From: Octopus vulgaris
Lineage: Eukaryota
Direction: 5' to 3'
Length of the DNA stretch: 64,000 nucleotides
Assembly (NCBI GenBank): GCA_951406725.2
Contig: OX597815.1
Coordinates: 11,842,001-11,906,000 of the forward strand
The notes beneath the pieces were generated by a model that made no database searches, had not been told where the DNA came from, and saw nothing but the letters and a program-made list of their open reading frames with translations. Numbering within the stretch: the stretch's first letter is position 1; each line of letters starts with the position of its first letter. Positions 56,900-64,000 of this stretch are shown piece after piece. A program made the translations under genes and the position numbers.

Positions 56900-57900
56900 A
56901 ATTCATAAAAAACAATAATGCTGTATACACAATCTGAAACATTCGTAGAAATAAGAACGACAATTGTTTAAATTGAAGAACAAAGCTGAGATTGTTTAAA
57001 CAGACTAGGAACGGTGGTTTCGGTTCTGAAGATGCTGTTCGTATTGTTCGTTCTTATTAGTTTCTGCTTTTGTCAGAACATAATATAAATAGTTCCGGTA
57101 CAGTAGAAAAATTAATTCAGAAGTTGTATGCAAGCGCATTAAAAGTTCCTTCACCTTGCATCTGAAAATACGTGGGAAAGGTTTTCCTTATAAACTGAGA
57201 GAGAACACTTATATTCGGCATTCTCTACACTCTCATGAAATCGTGTGGATTGATTAATTATAGGTGAATAATGGCAGAATCTGAAGCAACGTAATGGTGT
57301 AATGATCAATAACTGGGTGTTCCGTAACTGAAAAGTGGCGTCCATCCAAGGAATGATTTGGTTGACGTTTGGTTGGATAGTGTTGGTTTACTTCACTTCC
57401 GGATAATTACTGTCGGCAGTCAGAATACTTAAGCTCTTAAGGAATATTATTTGGAGAGTATTTGTGGGGAAATCTGACAAATATGGATTTGTGATGAATT
57501 CTATATAACATGCATGTTATAATCCGTTGATATTCACTTTTTCTGGTTTATTGTTTTAAAGGTTGTAGTGCAATGAGTTGAAATTGCGTCTTGTAGCAAA
57601 GGCATGGTGAGCCTACAAGAGTGTGTGGCGACCGTAAGGCCGTTCTGTATTGCAATTGCAAAGTTCACAATCTTCATATTTACTGTCGAATTTACAAATA
57701 ATATTAATCATTTGCATCATCTCTCCGGCGCTAAATGGCTGTGATCTGTCGTTGACAGAAAGGCTTTCGATATTTTTCAATAGTACCCATTTGATTCATT
57801 TAATACACTTTATGAGCAAATTGTCTACATTTTAATTAATGGCATTTGAATAATGACAAAAATACCATTTTAAACTTATACGTGTTCTCTACATATTTAA
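56900..57900 (+). pseudogene. Highly decayed mariner transposase
   Basis: FGSEDAVR (cf. F.LED..RSGRP), LIIGE*W (cf. IITGDEKW), GVHPR..VW.D..G.LHF and SPALNGCD (cf. YSPDLAPSD), in the expected order. Confidence 0.6.
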
Positions 57901-58161
57901 GTATCGTACCTGCCTGTATCGGAGTACGACAACTGCTACAATGTATTTGTATCTTCCTTTCGAAAGGAAGATTTCAGTAGATCAATAATTTCTCATATAT
58001 GATAGTTGACATACCTGAATTCTTTATATTGGTGTGAGTGTGGGTGTGTAGAAGAGAGAGTGTGTGAGTATATGTAATATATATATGTGTGTTTGTATAT
58101 GTAATATAAATGAGCATATATATATGTATATAATACATATGAATATATGTATGTATCCTTG

Positions 58162-58216
<55 letters not shown>

Positions 58217-58431
58217 GCGTGCCTGAGTGTGTGTGATTGTGTGTCAGAATTTCTAGCTGATGCTACTTATTTATCCCCTAAAACAGGGGTTTTACAAATA
58301 GTAGCTAATGAAATATTCTCCCGATTATCAAGATTAATGTGTACTGAGTAAAATACGATCGACGAATTATTTTGAAATCCGTGATCATCCTTAGTAAATA
58401 TCCAAATATGCAAAAGTGTTAAAGAATCAAT

Positions 58432-58432
58432 G

Positions 58433-58464
<32 letters not shown>

Positions 58465-58555
58465 GATCGATCATTCAATCAGTTTATCTATCGATCTGGC
58501 TGTCTGATTGTCTGCCTGTTTATCTCTCTGCTTCTCCGCCTGCTTGTATCATTAC

Positions 58556-58626
<71 letters not shown>

Positions 58627-58758
58627 CCTACCTACCTACCTACCTACCTCCCTACCTCCCTATCTATCTATTTATCTACCTACCTACCTACCTACATATC
58701 TATCTATCTACTTATCTATCTATCTATCTACCTACCTACCTCCCTACCTACCTACCTG

Positions 58759-58850
<92 letters not shown>

Positions 58851-59401
58851 ACTGTCTATCTATTTTCCTACCCACTTACCTACCTACCTACCTACCTACC
58901 TACCTACCTACCCACCTACCTACCCACCAACCTACCTACCTACCCACCTACCTTCCTACCTACCTACCTACCTACCCACCTACCTACCTACCTACCTACC
59001 TACCTACCTACCTACCTACCTACCTACCTACCTACCCATCTACCTTCCTACCTACCTAGCTACCTACCTACCTACCTACCCACCTACCTACCTACCTACC
59101 TACCTACCTACCTACCCATCTACCTACCTACCTACCTACCTACCTACCCATACCTACCTACCTACCTACCCACCTACCTACCTACCTACCTACCTTCCTA
59201 CCTACCTACCTACCTACCTACCTACCTACCTACCTACCCATCTACCTTCCTACCTACCTACCTACCTACCTACCTACCTACCTACATACCTACCTACCCA
59301 CCTACCTACCTACCTACCTACCCACCTACCTTCCTACCTACCTACCTACCTACCTACCTACCCACCTACCTACCTACCTACCTACCTACCTACCTACCTA
59401 C

Positions 59402-59441
<40 letters not shown>

Positions 59442-59486
59442 ATATATATATATATCTACCTACCTACCTACCTACCTACCTATCTA

Positions 59487-59518
<32 letters not shown>

Positions 59519-59650
59519 ACTCTCTATCTATTTTCCTACCTACCTACCTACCTACCTACCTACCTACCTACCCATCTACCTTCCTACCTACCTTCCTACC
59601 TACCTACCTACCTACCTACCTACCTACCTACCTACCTACCTACCTATCTA
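58432..59650. repeat. (CAAT)n, then ~1.1 kb compound (CTAT)/(CTAC)/(CTGT) tetranucleotide array
   Basis: Direct repeats. Confidence 0.95.
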
Positions 59651-60038
59651 TTCGCGTATATACCATCAATTTACCAATAAGGAACATAGTGTTGATAGTA
59701 ATACGATTCTGTACATTTGTTTTTCTGATAGTTGTGTATTTGGTTTTGTGCCTAATGTTTTTGTCTGTAATATAGATTATTACGGATAGATAGTATTTAG
59801 GTAGATGAATCATTTGTCACATATAATATCTCACGCCGGAGTTCTAGAATAGGCGGCGATTTAGCTTCTACTCCAACTTCAACACGCTCTCCTCCATGTA
59901 CGTATACAGACGGGCAGTCACCGATAAAATTGACTCAACACATAGATTGTACTTTATTAGTTCGAGACGAGAAAGACGCGATTAAAAAAATCGACATTGG
60001 CATTTTTAAATCGAAGAGGAAATAAAAGGAGCACGAAT

Positions 60039-60072
<34 letters not shown>

Positions 60073-60316
60073 AAAAAGAAGCAGGTAGGAAAGACGGGGT
60101 TTGCTACCGCTGGGGAAAAAAAACCCCACCGATGATCCAGTTCAGAGAATGTCAACTATCGTTTCGAAACGTATGGCTTGTCACAGTCATCGACCTGACG
60201 AGCGCTCATATCAGGAGAACTACAAATAAAAATAATTGAAGTGGACAGTACAATCTCTGCAGTGGGCACACACACACACAACACGTATATATACCTATAC
60301 ATATATATATGTATAC

Positions 60317-60384
<68 letters not shown>

Positions 60385-61551
60385 TATATTTTTATTAATA
60401 TTTCGCAGAAGCAGTACTAACTATATAGTAGGTGTGTATACACATACGCACAAACACACACACACACACACACACACACCACACACTCACACACATGCAT
60501 AACATGTATGCACAAAAACAAACAAACAAACAAACGTATGAAGTGTATTAATGGCCACACATAAGGAACCCCACTGTACCGGATATTAAGAGGAGAGCAT
60601 TGGTGAAATAGATAGAAATTAATGAAATTTTGGGAAAGAGAGCTTGTCTACGCGTGTTTGTATGTGAGTTGTGTGAGTGTGTGTGTGTGTCTTTGTGTGT
60701 ATGTATGTAACAAAATAATGAATGTGAGACACAGAAAGATATAAAAAAAAGATAAAATGATTGTTTTACAGAAAAGAAGATAAGCGCAAGTTTTATTTTA
60801 TTTTAGTGTTATTTTTTTTAATCAAACACTACAGTGAAGCTCTGACACACAATTCTACGAAAGCTTTCGAAATATGTAACATCGGAAAATATCAGACCGT
60901 ACAAACTAATTAAAGCAGAAAAACAGGATATTGTAATTGTCGTTTCTTGATTAATCGATAGTTGTACAATATTGATTAAACGTTTTACTGTTGTTCGGAT
61001 ATTGAGGAGAGTCGGAAGTGACTGTGCTGTGCAAAAGATAAAATAAGGAGTAAACGAGGTAGACGTAGACAGTGCAGGATATGTGGATATAGACTAGAGT
61101 AAGAATTTCATAGAGATAGAAACGTGTAGATCTGAAAATGAAGGTTAGAGGTAAACGAGAGGCAACTCACTAATTTAGAACTGTTTTTGCTGGTCTCACT
61201 CACTAGGATGCAGTCACGCTGGGTTACCACTTTCATGGTTCGATTCGATCACACCGACTCCACGACTCGTTCCAATCTGACGCATCATTTATCGACTCAT
61301 AATTGTAAGATCGATAAGTTACGCTATTTTACACAACAGTGATTTCACGATTTCAAACCGGTTTTTTTTACTTAGGTACATAAACGGACTCGAACCTACA
61401 AAGAGGGAGAGATGGACACGTTCAAACGCACAAACATGCACGCGCACACCCATGGACATGCAGACACAGCCACTCACACGCACACACACACACTCACACA
61501 GAGAAACATATATATCTGTGTGTTTATAGTATGGTATACATACAGGTCTTA

Positions 61552-61783
61552 AGGTGGCGAGCTGGCTGAAACGTTAGCACGCCGGGCGAAATGCGCAGCC
61601 GTATTTCGTCTGCCGTTACGTTCTGAGTTCAAATTCCGCCGAGGTTGACTTTATCGTTTATCCTTACGGGGTTGATAAATTAAGTACCAGTTACGCACTG
61701 GGGTCGATAAAATCAACTTAATCCATTTGTCTGTCCTTGTTTGTCCCCTCTGTGTTTAGCCCCTTGTGGGTAGTAAAGAAATA
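61552..61783 (+). mobile_element. SINE family B with TSD
   Basis: GGTATACATACAGG occurs at 61533-61546 and 61784-61797. Confidence 0.92.
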
Positions 61784-62323
61784 GGTATACATACAGGCCT
61801 GCATTCAGAATAAACTGTATATATGATTTCCGATATATTCATACATGAGCTAGCAAGCATGCAGACTCGATAGTACCCTGGGGAAAGAGCTTCGCGGCAT
61901 TTCGGCCGTCTTTACGTTTGAAGTTTGAAATAGTCCGAGGTACTTTTTGTCTTGCATCATTTTGAGGTCGATCAGTAGTAGCAAAAGTACATGCAATTGA
62001 AAAACACTGCATTATTTATGGGATGACCCAATATATATATAGTGGACTACCTCTCGTTGAATAATTACCACTTCCAAGGTTCTGCTTGGCAGAAAACCTA
62101 TTTAAACTTTATTTTACCAGCTCTATTCCGTAAACTTGGATTTTTATTAGCATGCATACCAACGTGAGTCGCTAACCGTGAACTACCTTATTGAAATTCG
62201 ATATACGAAAGATTTACAAATTTCTATGTCAAAAGACGGTTGTTCTGGATTATTTCTTTTATATCTTCTACGGATTGTTCGAAATCTTTCCAAATCTCGA
62301 TCCTTGGATCTCACATTCACATG

Positions 62324-62386
<63 letters not shown>

Positions 62387-62404
62387 TATATATGTGTGTG
62401 TATT

Positions 62405-62447
<43 letters not shown>

Positions 62448-63099
62448 ACTTTCACACACACATATATAGAAGCAAACATACCAAAGCACTCTCTATTTCT
62501 CTCTCTCTCACACACAGACAGACACACATATGTGTGTGGTGTGTGTTTGTGTGTGTGCGAGTCTGTGTGTACCTATGCATACATGTATATCTGTACACAC
62601 ACACACACAAACAAACACACACGCACACTCACACACACATACACGCACATACACACACACACACACATACACACACACACACGCACACACATATATATAT
62701 ATATATATATACAAAGAGGGAGAGAAAGGGAGAGAGAGATTACTCGTATGTACGTTTACACTAGCCCATATACACACATCCACACAGAAAAGGCAAAGAG
62801 TAAATTCTGTAAAATGGTTGGTGACGTTCACATTTTAAAATATTGATTCCTTGAGGGGTGGACAGTATTCCTTTGATAACATTTTCAATGACACTCTGAC
62901 ATGTGAAGTGGAATTACTTGAAAGCAAAATATATTGACGCCTAGTAATTACACATCTCATTTTGCAGCCAACTATTAATGTCGACATTTACATCAGCAAC
63001 AGTGTTATTAATAGTGGCCGCCTTTCGAAAATCCACGGATGGTAAATATTCTGCAGTATAGTTAAGTCCTTGCGGTAATATATATTTCATATTATTATT

Positions 63100-63650
63100 T
63101 GAATAAAAAATATTTTATGAGTGATACACTCATGCATATATACGTACATGACCTCACAGTAATGTTTACCAATGAAACATGATATTCTAGGTAGGACACA
63201 TTGAGATGCATCGGTAGGATAACCCCGAGGCCAAAGAAATAAGAATCTACCGTATGGTAGAAGCCATAGACACAGCCACTCATCATATAAAAGGTATACT
63301 AATGCAATATCCCAGAGGAAACCTCAATAAAATGTAAACATACTAGACCTGACATAGTAAATTGGGATAAATTAGAGAAACTTCATGAAGTTGTGGAAAT
63401 CAGCTGCCCAGAGTATTTTAACATAAAGCTTAAGACCAGCGAAAAAGAAAATACCTGCGGTGATCTATTGAGGAATCTACAGCTACTCTATCCAGATTAG
63501 AAGTTTAGAATTATACCTGTAATTGTTGGGACCCTGTAACATACTGCCTGAATACCAATCTTTAGAAATTAGGCTTCTCAAAAGCAGAAAGGGTAAAGTT
63601 GATTCCTAGGCTACAGATCTAAGCCATCACTTGAGCTGCGAAAATCTGTA
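63100..63650 (+). mobile_element. Decayed RLE-type (R4/NeSL-like) LINE endonuclease region
   Basis: LPMKHD, then KCKHTRPDIVNWD...VVEISCP...EKEN...LLRNLQLLYP..FRIIPVIVGTL. Confidence 0.75.
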
Positions 63651-63774
63651 AGACTTTCCGGAAGTTTATCACTTTTGTATATATGCGCATGTCAAGAGAT
63701 GCAACTATATGCACGAGAATACATGCATAAAACAAAACGTACACATTTGCTCACATACCTACTTACCTACCTAT

Positions 63775-63903
63775 CTACATACATACATACATACATACAT
63801 ACATACATACATACATACATACGTACATACATACATATATACATACATACATACATACATACGTACATACATACATATATACATACCTACATACATACAT
63901 ACA

Positions 63904-63937
<34 letters not shown>

Positions 63938-64000
63938 CATACATACATACATGCATACATACATACATACATACATACATACATACCTACATACATACAT
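63775..64000. repeat. (CATA)n microsatellite
   Basis: Direct repeats to the window end. Confidence 0.95.

Noticed and set aside
58550-59650. Telomere-like repeat
   Set aside because: The unit is TAGG/TAGA, not TTAGGG; it is an ordinary microsatellite.

Overview
AT-rich, microsatellite-saturated eukaryotic non-coding DNA. The repeat types suggest a cephalopod genome, probably Octopus (inference, not a database result). I found no credible host protein-coding exon: nearly all listed ORFs are microsatellite translations or transposon debris. The window holds at least four tRNA-derived SINE families; decayed RTE, CR1 and R4/Dong-like LINEs; Tc1 and mariner fossils; non-autonomous Helitrons; and several Penelope-like element (PLE) fragments. 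The most striking signal is about a dozen minimal hammerhead-ribozyme (HHR)-like motifs from several unrelated families. Several lie in fold-back cassettes, some inserted in (TA)n tracts. One has a U3-A8 compensatory core, two form a back-to-back pair in a near-perfect palindrome, and one PLE family carries a tRNA-like Pol III cassette between its ORF stop and its hammerhead. All protein and RNA assignments were made by eye and the boundaries of decayed elements are approximate.
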